Shown here: positions 26,649 to 33,908 of the stretch, piece by piece
Numbering within the stretch: position 1 is the first letter of the stretch
Layout: every line of letters begins with the position of its first letter
Assembly: GCA_009784185.1 (NCBI GenBank)
Contig: WRCD01000001.1
Coordinates: 129,698-193,697, forward strand
Length of the DNA stretch: 64,000 bases
Direction: 5' to 3'
Source of the DNA: Bacillota bacterium
GTDB lineage: Bacteria > Bacillota > Clostridia > Christensenellales > UBA1242
The notes under the pieces: model-generated
Database searches by the model: none
What the model saw: the letters and a program-made list of their open reading frames with translations, nothing else
What the model was told of the DNA's origin: nothing
Made by a program: the position numbers and the translations under genes

Positions 26649-27934
26649 TGGATGCAGTTTTAATTTTAGTAATTATATCTGTAATAATGTCCGGTATTTG
26701 TGCGCTGCTTTTGGCGGCGCAATATCTTATTAAACCAAGACGCAATATGGATATAGGGGATGCAGTTAAAAAAACAGAACAGCAGTTTAGCCAACTGCTT
26801 GGAATGGTAGAGCGTGAAAACGAGCATATGCTGCGGATATACCGCGAGAGTAATGCTCTGCTGGCGGAGAGAATCAGCCAGTATAATACTGAAGTTAGTA
26901 AAAGCGTGGAGAATGCGGGCAAGTTTCAGCGTGAGGCTTTTGAGGGCGTGGAAAACAGATTAAAAGAGGTGCTTAGCAGCAATGAGACCAGGTTGGAGCG
27001 TATAAACAAAAACGTAACCGAAAACTTAAGCAAAATGCAGCAGACGGTAGACGAAAAGCTGAACGAGACGCTGGAGAAGAGGCTGAACCAGAGTCTGCTT
27101 GGAATAAGTGAGCGGCTGGAGTCTGTGTTTAAGGGGCTGGGTGAAATGCAGCAGCTGGCGGCCGGCGTGGGTGACCTTAAAAAAGTGCTCTCAAATGTAA
27201 AGGTGCGCGGCACCTGGGGCGAGGTTCAGCTTGGCAACCTGTTGGAGCAGATGCTTGCGCCCAATCAATATGCGGCACAGGTTAAGCTTGGCAAAGACGA
27301 AAATAGCAGGGTAGACTATGCTGTGGTTATGCCCGGCAAGGATGACGGCGTGGTATATCTGCCGCTGGACTCTAAATTCCCTATGGACAGTTATGAGCGG
27401 CTGGTGCTGGCAAGCGAGGCGGGTGATATAGCCGCAATTGAAAAAGCCGCAAAAGAAATAGAGTCAAGAGTTAAGAACGAGGCAAAGAAAATATCCGCGG
27501 CATATATTAAAACGCCTGTTACAACCGATTTTGCAATAATGTATATTCCTATAGAAGGGTTGTTTGCCGAGGTTGTAAAAAAGCAGGGGCTGATAGAACA
27601 GCTGCAATCCGAGTACAGGATAATGGTATGCGGGCCCACTACGCTATCTGCGTTGCTAAACAGTTTGCAAATGGGCTTTAGAACTATGGCAATTGAGCAG
27701 AGAAGCAGTGAGATTTGGGCGCTTCTATCTATGTTTAGAAGCGAGTTTGGCAAGTTTACCGATTTGCTGGCTAAAACCCAAAAGAAGTTATCGGAAGCAA
27801 GTAGCACAATTGAAGATGCAACTAAAAAGACCGCTAAAATAAGCAAGGGACTTGCCGCCGTACAAACCTTTGAGCCAAAAGGAAACGAGAGTTTTAATTT
27901 AGTCAACTTTGGGGATGACGAGAAAGAAGAATAA
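26648..27934 (+). CDS. rmuC: DNA recombination protein RmuC
   Basis: N-terminal TM helix, a long coiled coil and a C-terminal RmuC-type region (VDYAVVMPG...YLPLDSKFP...MYIPIEG). The start overlaps the cca stop. Confidence 0.8.
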   Translation: MDAVLILVIISVIMSGICALLLAAQYLIKPRRNMDIGDAVKKTEQQFSQLLGMVERENEHMLRIYRESNALLAERISQYNTEVSKSVENAGKFQREAFEGVENRLKEVLSSNETRLERINKNVTENLSKMQQTVDEKLNETLEKRLNQSLLGISERLESVFKGLGEMQQLAAGVGDLKKVLSNVKVRGTWGEVQLGNLLEQMLAPNQYAAQVKLGKDENSRVDYAVVMPGKDDGVVYLPLDSKFPMDSYERLVLASEAGDIAAIEKAAKEIESRVKNEAKKISAAYIKTPVTTDFAIMYIPIEGLFAEVVKKQGLIEQLQSEYRIMVCGPTTLSALLNSLQMGFRTMAIEQRSSEIWALLSMFRSEFGKFTDLLAKTQKKLSEASSTIEDATKKTAKISKGLAAVQTFEPKGNESFNLVNFGDDEKEE

Positions 27935-27978
27935 GTATATATAGTGTAACTTTGCGTAATCTAATTTAGGCGCTTTAT

Positions 27979-28028
27979 CACATACCCCGTCGGCTTCGCC
28001 GCCACCCCTTTATCTTAAAGGGGAATTT
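27979..28028. repeat. GGGGAATT-family repeat, single unit
   Basis: CACATACCCC-[GTCGGC-ttc-GCCGCC]-A-[CCCCTTT-atctt-AAAGGGG]-AATTT. The hairpin B stem carries compensatory changes. Confidence 0.8.
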
Positions 28029-28058
28029 ATCTGGGGTAGCGTTGCAGGGTGGTTTAGA

Positions 28059-29405
28059 TTGTACTTTAAAGGTTACGCTTTTTTGTTTAGTTTAGTTGTG
28101 CTCGTATTGTTTACGGGTTTTTCAGGCTTTAGTTCGGTTGGGGCAAGCAACGAGCCGCATGAGGATTTTGTTTTAAGATACGACGGCAAAAAGCATATAT
28201 ACGATGTAGCTAAAAACGAGCCCAAGAGCAGCATCCATACCATTGAGCACCGGTATCAGAGGTTTGGCAAAAAAGGAACTCCTGCCGAGCGTGCGGAACT
28301 GCTGGGGAGGGTAATGGAACTGGGATTCGGCTATGAAGAGGCATTTAAATATGTATTTAAAAACTTTGATGTATTTGTTGCGGGGGTAATTAAAGGCGTT
28401 AGCCGCCCAAGCAAGGACTCTAAGATTTCTTTCTATCCCAACAGGAGCGATATGTTTGATATATCCCGGGAGCAGGTTGGTTTTGTGGTAAACAAGGAGC
28501 AGCTTTACAAAAAAATGTACATAGAATACTGTAAGACCGGCAAAATTGATATAGAAATTATTCCGCAAGTATTGGAGCCGCGGTACACATATGACGAGCT
28601 GAGTGCGGTAGACAACCTAAAGGCAAAGTTTGGCACATATTACGGAAGCAGCGGAGCGGACAGGCGGCACAACATTAACCTGGCTCTCAGGCAGCTTAAC
28701 GGTATGCGGATAGAGCCGAATGAAGAATACTCATTTAACAAAATCACCGGCAGACGGACAGAAGCCAACGGATACAGAAAAGCAAATATAATTATCAACG
28801 ACGAATATGTAGAAGGGTACGGCGGCGGGGTTTGCCAGGTGAGCACTACCCTATATAACGCATTGCTTCTTTCAGGCGCAGATATAACCGAGGTAAGGCG
28901 GCATTCGTTGCCCAGCAGTTATGTAGCGCTTGGGTTTGATGCAATGGTATCTCACGGCACAAGTGACCTTAAGTTTATAAACCGCAGCAGCCTGCCTATG
29001 TTTATAAAAGCATACAGCACTCAAAACAATATCTACATTGAAGTATACGGCGCTTCAAGCGAACCTGATTTTAAAATTAAACGCATTACCGAGATAATAA
29101 GAAAAATATCTCCTGCGCCGAGTAAAACCATTATTGATACAGCCGGAGAACATTCTGGCCTTGTAAACTATACAGACGAAACAGCAGTGCTGCATTACGC
29201 AAAGGACGGATATGAGGTAAACGCGTATCTGGAGTATTACATTGGCAGTACAATGGTAGGCAGAAAATTAATCCGGCATGAAACATACAAGCCGCAGCAA
29301 GGAGTGTACGTGCGCGGGGCTAAGAAGCGTCCTTTGCCACCACTGGAATCGGAGCCGCTAACTCAAATAATTCCCCTCTTAGAAAGAGGGGTGGCAGGCG
29401 TTTAG
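28059..29405 (+). CDS. VanW family protein
   Basis: N-terminal signal/TM and the VanW core (EPNEEYSFNKITGRRT...GYGGGVCQVSTTLYNA). The last ~12 codons (IIPLLERGVAGV) are encoded by a repeat element. Confidence 0.85.
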   Translation: MYFKGYAFLFSLVVLVLFTGFSGFSSVGASNEPHEDFVLRYDGKKHIYDVAKNEPKSSIHTIEHRYQRFGKKGTPAERAELLGRVMELGFGYEEAFKYVFKNFDVFVAGVIKGVSRPSKDSKISFYPNRSDMFDISREQVGFVVNKEQLYKKMYIEYCKTGKIDIEIIPQVLEPRYTYDELSAVDNLKAKFGTYYGSSGADRRHNINLALRQLNGMRIEPNEEYSFNKITGRRTEANGYRKANIIINDEYVEGYGGGVCQVSTTLYNALLLSGADITEVRRHSLPSSYVALGFDAMVSHGTSDLKFINRSSLPMFIKAYSTQNNIYIEVYGASSEPDFKIKRITEIIRKISPAPSKTIIDTAGEHSGLVNYTDETAVLHYAKDGYEVNAYLEYYIGSTMVGRKLIRHETYKPQQGVYVRGAKKRPLPPLESEPLTQIIPLLERGVAGV

Positions 29406-29512
29406 CCTCGCCGGGGTGTATGATTAATAACTATATACGCCTTCGGCGGCTACCCTGTCTGACTTCGCCACGAATGGCTCGTCATCCACCCCTTCGGAGA
29501 AGGGGAATTTTT
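29369..29512. repeat. GGGGAATT-family repeat, inverted pair overlapping the vanW 3' end
   Basis: AATTCCCCTCTtagaaAGAGGGGT-GGCAGGCgtttaGCCTCGCC-GGGGTGTA ... ACCCTGTC...CCACCCCTTCggaGAAGGGGAATTTTT. Confidence 0.8.
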
Positions 29513-29617
29513 ACTAAGGCGGTCTCTAAAGTTATTCACACGCGCTGCAAATACGACACACACTCTCCCAAAACCGGAATATTTACTCATGTAATTTGTG
29601 AATAAGTCTAACACGGT

Positions 29618-29746
29618 TGTGGAAAAGTGGACAACTCTTGTGTAATTATGCACCCATTTGATTAATTATGCACCCTATACACGGTTATGCAAGAATATTT
29701 ATAATTATGCGCGTGTGCATATGTGGATAACTTATAATTATGCAAT
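29618..29746. promoter_or_regulatory. Cluster of DnaA-box-like 9-mers / AATTATGC direct repeats in an AT-rich non-coding gap
   Basis: TGTGGAAAA 29618; AGTGGACAA 29626; TTATGCACC 29646 and 29666; TGTGCATAT 29714; TGTGGATAA 29722 (exact reverse complement of TTATCCACA). AATTATGC also occurs at 29644, 29664, 29703 and 29736. Confidence 0.45.
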
Positions 29747-29839
29747 CCGCATTGCATTATACGAAATCCGGCATGAATAATATGCATGCATAAAATTACA
29801 TAGCGTGTATAATAAGTACGGAAAATGTTGTATATACGA

Positions 29840-29968
29840 AATTCCCCTCTATAAGAGGGGTGCCGAGCTTGCGAGGCGGGGTGTGGAAAACACTATAGCT
29901 AGTTTTATCTCCACACCCCGTCTGTCTGCGTTATCGCTTGACATCCACCCCTCTTGTAGAGGGGAATC
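29840..29968. repeat. GGGGAATT-family repeat, inverted pair
   Basis: AATTCCCCTCTataAGAGGGGT-GCCGAGcttgCGAGGC-GGGGTGTGG ... CCACACCCCGTC...CCACCCCTCTtgtAGAGGGGAATC. Confidence 0.85.
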
Positions 29969-29972
29969 TTTT

Positions 29973-30022
29973 GGAGCGAAAGCGACCCGTAGTTGTTACC
30001 TGTTACCTGTTCACTGTTCCCT
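29973..30022. repeat. Heptamer-arm repeat family, right half (core + 4 x 7 bp)
   Basis: GGAGCGAAAGCGACC-CGTAGTT-(GTTACCT)(GTTACCT)(GTTCACT)(GTTCCCT). Confidence 0.8.
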
Positions 30023-30293
30023 GAAACTTTGGGTGGCAGTTATATTCGTTTACCAGCACTTTAATTGTTTCGTCATTTGCGTCAGGCACCGTAATATAAT
30101 ACCAGCCTTTCTTTATTCCTTTAAATATTGCCTTGCCCTGGCGGTTGGATTTTAAAAAATAAACTTGTCCCGTCTGGTCGTCTTTCATATATACGGCCTT
30201 ACCGCAGGCGGGGCATCCGCTTTTATGTTTGAGGTTTATTCTAATGCAATACGGAATGTTGTTTTTATCCCGTCCTGGTTGGGGATAGCTCAT
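30003..30293 (-). CDS. Small hypothetical protein with a possible beta-sandwich (Cna-B/carboxypeptidase-regulatory-like) segment
   Basis: 96 aa. QGKAIFKGIKKGWYYITVPDAN resembles the G.Y.V motif of such domains. There is no strong SD, and the C-terminal codons are supplied by the heptamer repeat. Confidence 0.45.
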   Translation of the reverse strand: MSYPQPGRDKNNIPYCIRINLKHKSGCPACGKAVYMKDDQTGQVYFLKSNRQGKAIFKGIKKGWYYITVPDANDETIKVLVNEYNCHPKFQGTVNR

Positions 30294-30462
30294 ACTGCAT
30301 TCTATGCTGATAAAAATTGTATGGCTACTGTTTAAAATAATGCGGGATAACAGCCAAAAGATTAATTTACAAACAAATTGTTTAAAAGGTATTTACTTTT
30401 TTTTGTGTATGTGTTATGATAGGGCAACCATAGGAAATTCGGGACAATAAGGAGAGAGTTTA

Positions 30463-31191
30463 ATGGCTAATTTAAAAAAGACAAACGGTATGTTGCTGGT
30501 AACTGAATACAGTAATGGACTGGACACAAAAGCAGATACTGTATACGATGTAATAAAAATGCACATAAATTTTGGCGGTCATATTGGAGCCACAAGGGTG
30601 GCAAAAAAATTTGAAGACGGCTCATTTGTTTTTGCGTTTCCAAAAGAGAAAGAGGGAATGTACGACACGACCATTAAGCTTGCCGACACTGAACCGGGCG
30701 CTGCGGTTTGGCTTAGTCTTTTTGGTCTGGACAACCCAAAACTAAAAGCTGAAATGATTATGGCTGCAACAGCTAAGGTGCTGGAACCCGAATTTGCAGT
30801 GCTTATAGCTAAGCGAACGGCGGCAGAGGGTAAACTGGACTATGACATGTCGTTGGAAGGCATTAAGCGGGTTATCGGTACTGTTGAGACCGAGATGAAA
30901 AGTAAAACGCCGTCTGTTAAAGCAATAAACAAAGCTTTTGAGTTGGACAAGATTGCTTTCGGCAGCAGGGCAAGTGATTTTATTGAAAAAGCGGGTAATC
31001 ATTGTACCATGGTTGTTCTTGAAGCCGGGATATTGGTGGACCACAACATAGCAAACCTGAAGCCGGACGGAAAAAGTTTTAAGGATTTAACAAAAAATCA
31101 AGTTAACACAAAAAACTTTGTTATTGCTTCAGCGGATATTGCTGACTTTATGCAAAAAACAAACAAGGGCACTCCTGTTGCTACAAAGTAA
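30463..31191 (+). CDS. Hypothetical protein
   Basis: AAGGAGAG SD, 242 aa, no recognised motif. A hairpin terminator (AAACTACCC-aat-GGGTAGTTT) follows. Confidence 0.6.
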   Translation: MANLKKTNGMLLVTEYSNGLDTKADTVYDVIKMHINFGGHIGATRVAKKFEDGSFVFAFPKEKEGMYDTTIKLADTEPGAAVWLSLFGLDNPKLKAEMIMAATAKVLEPEFAVLIAKRTAAEGKLDYDMSLEGIKRVIGTVETEMKSKTPSVKAINKAFELDKIAFGSRASDFIEKAGNHCTMVVLEAGILVDHNIANLKPDGKSFKDLTKNQVNTKNFVIASADIADFMQKTNKGTPVATK

Positions 31192-31284
31192 CAATGAAAA
31201 CTAAACTACCCAATGGGTAGTTTTTGTTTGCCAAAATAGGCGTAAATATTCTATAATTAAACAGAATATAAGTTGGGGATACAA

Positions 31285-31650
31285 ATGGGAGTTTTTGATT
31301 ACCTGGATAAAGAAGAGTTTAATGCAAATCTTCAGATTAAGTTTTACTTAATCTGGGGCAGGCTTAGTTTTTACATTGCGCTTGGCGGGCTGGTGATTTT
31401 TCTGGTTAACATCCTTCTTTATTTTACTATTCCGGGACTTGCCGGCAACAATATTCCGATTTTAATTCCGTCTATGTTTGCACTTGCTGCGGGAATTACG
31501 GGCATGGTGTTTGCTCAGTTCGGCGCCAAGGGAGCCAAAGAGCGCAAGGTTAAATGTGCAATTATAGGTGCCGGAAGGGCGCTTAGCATATTGGTGATGC
31601 TCTACAGCCTGACTTTGGTGCTTGCGGGTATTTTAGTGGCGGTACTGTAA
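31285..31650 (+). CDS. Small integral membrane protein (3-4 TM helices)
   Basis: The ATG at 31285 is preceded by GGGGA. Hydrophobic segments include LSFYIALGGLVIFLVNILLYFTI, ILIPSMFALAAGITGMVFAQF and ALSILVMLYSLTLVLAGILVAVL. Confidence 0.6.
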   Translation: MGVFDYLDKEEFNANLQIKFYLIWGRLSFYIALGGLVIFLVNILLYFTIPGLAGNNIPILIPSMFALAAGITGMVFAQFGAKGAKERKVKCAIIGAGRALSILVMLYSLTLVLAGILVAVL

Positions 31651-31653
31651 GCG

Positions 31654-31684
31654 GGGAACAGGGAGCAGGGAACAGGTAACAACG
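31654..31684. repeat. Heptamer-arm repeat family, left arm only (4 x 7 bp)
   Basis: (GGGAACA)(GGGAGCA)(GGGAACA)(GGTAACA)ACG. This is the reverse complement of the arm at 29995-30022. Confidence 0.75.
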
Positions 31685-31714
31685 AATTTAAAAATATTTA
31701 AGGGGTAAAAAACG

Positions 31715-32011
31715 ATGGCACAATTTGTTTTTCCGGCGGTATTGTATAAAGATGGGGATAGAGCAGGCTACACAATAGTGTTGCATGATATTGATGTATT
31801 TACCGAGGGGGCAACCGTAGAAGAGGCGTTTCTGCGTGCCAAGGAATTTTTACTGACATATTGCCAATGCGCACTGGATTACAACGGTGAGGTGCCAATG
31901 GCAACCAGTTTTGCAGATGTTAACGAAGGTATTAATATCAAAATTCTGGTAGATGCCGAGCTTGAGGCCGGGGAGTATAAAGCAAAAAGAGCAGTCTTCA
32001 GTTTAGATTAG
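31715..32011 (+). CDS. HicB-like antitoxin-fold protein (UPF0150), no DNA-binding extension
   Basis: FVFPAVLYKDGDRAGYTIVLHDIDVFTEGATVEEAFLRAKEFLL...GEVPMATS matches the HicB N-terminal domain pattern (Y.FPA....DGGY.V.FPD....T.G.T.EEA...A.E.L). Confidence 0.6.
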   Translation: MAQFVFPAVLYKDGDRAGYTIVLHDIDVFTEGATVEEAFLRAKEFLLTYCQCALDYNGEVPMATSFADVNEGINIKILVDAELEAGEYKAKRAVFSLD

Positions 32012-32038
32012 ACCAATGTTTTGGAGGAGTGCTAAATT

Positions 32039-32653
32039 ATGATAAGCAGAGCGTTTACAAACGAACAGGCCAGACAACACATATGCTATAGCATAACCTG
32101 TGGCTTTGAGTTTGAAAAGTTTATATGCGGTAAAGGCCTGTACGGCAACCGGGTATCCCTTATGCGCAACAAAGACCCGTCCGCAGTTTATAAGCAGCAG
32201 GCTGAATTTAAGACCAGTGTTTTTCATGCAATAGAAGGACTGAAGCCGTTGGAGTACGGGGCCACAATTACTTTTGCCAGAAACAAGATAGAAGCAATAA
32301 TAAGAGACAAGGAAAGCATGCGTGATTATTTTAAAAATAATTCCGGCGGCTTTGTTACGGCAAATGATTTGGAATCCACACTTAATGCATGGTATACCAA
32401 GGTGTCGCGCAAGCTGATTACAAACAGCTATTCGGATTTTAAGGCGCTGGATGATTTTGTAATAAATGCAATTATGTTGATTCTGCCAATATCCGAACAG
32501 GAGCTGATAGGAACATTCAGGGCTAAACAATTAAACCGGCTGGTTAAGGAAGGGGTGCTTGAAAAAGGCTATGCCGATGAGAGGATACAAGCGCTGCCGG
32601 GAGAGCTTGACAAGCTGATAGCGCTAAAGCAGAAACTACTGAGCAAAAAATAA
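32039..32653 (+). CDS. Hypothetical protein
   Basis: GGAGGAG SD, starting 27 nt after the HicB-like gene. 204 aa, no recognised motif. Preferred over the Cys-rich antisense ORF 32003..32530. Confidence 0.55.
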   Translation: MISRAFTNEQARQHICYSITCGFEFEKFICGKGLYGNRVSLMRNKDPSAVYKQQAEFKTSVFHAIEGLKPLEYGATITFARNKIEAIIRDKESMRDYFKNNSGGFVTANDLESTLNAWYTKVSRKLITNSYSDFKALDDFVINAIMLILPISEQELIGTFRAKQLNRLVKEGVLEKGYADERIQALPGELDKLIALKQKLLSKK

Positions 32654-32654
32654 A

Positions 32655-32761
32655 AATTCCCCTCTAGAGAGGGGTGGCACGGAGTGCCTGGGTGTGTTAT
32701 GTGTGCTTTTCACATACCCCGCCTCGCAAGCTCGGCACCCACAATATCCTAAAGGGGAATA
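32655..32761. repeat. GGGGAATT-family repeat, inverted pair (right half degenerate)
   Basis: AATTCCCCTCTagAGAGGGGT-GGCACGGagTGCCTGG-GTGTGTT ... CACATACCCC-GCCTCGcaaGCTCGGC-ACCC...AAAGGGGAAT. Confidence 0.8.
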
Positions 32762-32781
32762 TAATTGAGGAGATAGTGTAA

Positions 32782-33807
32782 ATGATAAAAAAACTTTTGG
32801 GTTTATGCTGCAGTTTTGCAATAATTGCAATTGCGTTTTTTGTGTTTTCGGGCTGCGATGCAAAATTGGCCAAAATTGAGCTGGAATTTTTACCAAACAA
32901 GATAGTGTATGTTATTAACAGTTCGCCCGATTTAACGGGCAATAGCATAATTGCCTCTTTTAGTGACGGCAGCACCGACGGGGTGTATTTAGGTTCCACG
33001 TCGGTTACAATCACGCCGTCAACGTTTACGCAGCTGGGCAAGCAGCAGGTTAATGTAACTTATTCTTTTAACGGAATTTCAAAATCAACCTGCTTTGATG
33101 TGATAGTGATATCTGAAGAGCAGCAGGCATTAAATGAAGCCAAACTTGCTGCAATTCTGCAGCTGGATTCCATAATGAGTTCTCTAAACAAAGACCATTA
33201 CCCGGCACAGAGGTGGCTTAACATAGAAGCATATTATTACGGTGCGCTTTACAACATAGATAATTCTTTGGTTGTGGAAGAGCCCGAAACATATCTCTAT
33301 TGGGCGGAGTACGGTATCAGTCAGGTTGACACATATGCAGCTGCCGGCGAACTGATTGTTTTAAACGCGCCGGGCGGGCAGGGCTACAAAACTTTTGCCG
33401 GGGCAATAGCTGCTGCGCAGGCCGGCGATACGCTGATTCTTTACGGCAATATTAATCTGGGATACAACGACGATTACGAGACGGAATTTAACGGGCTTGT
33501 AAATATTAATAAGGACATAACAATAAAATCATATGGCAGTCTGCTGTTTAAAATCAGCGGCATAATGAACTGGACTCCCGGGTATGACGGAGGATACGGT
33601 CCGTTTGCTTCTGCTCCTGCCTTGTTTGGCATAGAACCGGGTGTAACTCTTACGCTTATAAACATAATTCTTGACATGGAAATAACCGAAGGAGTAACGG
33701 ATGTGTATCTTATTTATGTGTCTGACGGTGCGGAACTGATAATGCCAAACGTTTTGTACAACAGTGAAGTAATAGATAATGGCCATCCGTTGATTTATTT
33801 TGAGTAG
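32782..33807 (+). CDS. Lipoprotein with an N-terminal bacterial Ig-like (Big_3-type) domain
   Basis: Signal peptide with a lipobox (FVFSGC). IELEFLPNKIVYVINSSPDLTGNSIIASFSDGSTDGV...GKQQVNVTYSFNGISKSTCFDV fits the Big_3-like pattern. Confidence 0.7.
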   Translation: MIKKLLGLCCSFAIIAIAFFVFSGCDAKLAKIELEFLPNKIVYVINSSPDLTGNSIIASFSDGSTDGVYLGSTSVTITPSTFTQLGKQQVNVTYSFNGISKSTCFDVIVISEEQQALNEAKLAAILQLDSIMSSLNKDHYPAQRWLNIEAYYYGALYNIDNSLVVEEPETYLYWAEYGISQVDTYAAAGELIVLNAPGGQGYKTFAGAIAAAQAGDTLILYGNINLGYNDDYETEFNGLVNINKDITIKSYGSLLFKISGIMNWTPGYDGGYGPFASAPALFGIEPGVTLTLINIILDMEITEGVTDVYLIYVSDGAELIMPNVLYNSEVIDNGHPLIYFE

Positions 33808-33908
33808 CGGGCAGCAAAAAACCTTTCCGGCGGAGAGGTTCTTTTGTTTTTTGGTTGACAAGTATACCTAGTCGGGAGTAATATACTATTATTACATAAA
33901 AAGGTCTC

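Noticed and set aside
29606-29810. The chromosomal replication origin (oriC).
   Set aside because: No dnaA or dnaN gene is adjacent. Genes on the left side (1-29.4 kb) are mostly on the + strand and point toward the site, the opposite of the divergence expected at an origin. It is treated as a secondary DnaA-box cluster or another operator array.
29420-30155. ORFs 29420..29605(+), 29450..29653(-) and 29805..30155(+).
   Set aside because: They are assembled almost entirely from repeat-element sequence (peptides such as IPLYKRGAELARRGV recur wherever the repeat occurs) and from AT-rich spacer. They have no SD.
32003-32530. The 175-aa minus-strand ORF overlapping the 204-aa plus-strand ORF.
   Set aside because: It has a Cys/Tyr/Phe-rich, low-plausibility composition and no SD. 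The plus-strand ORF has a GGAGGAG SD and normal composition.
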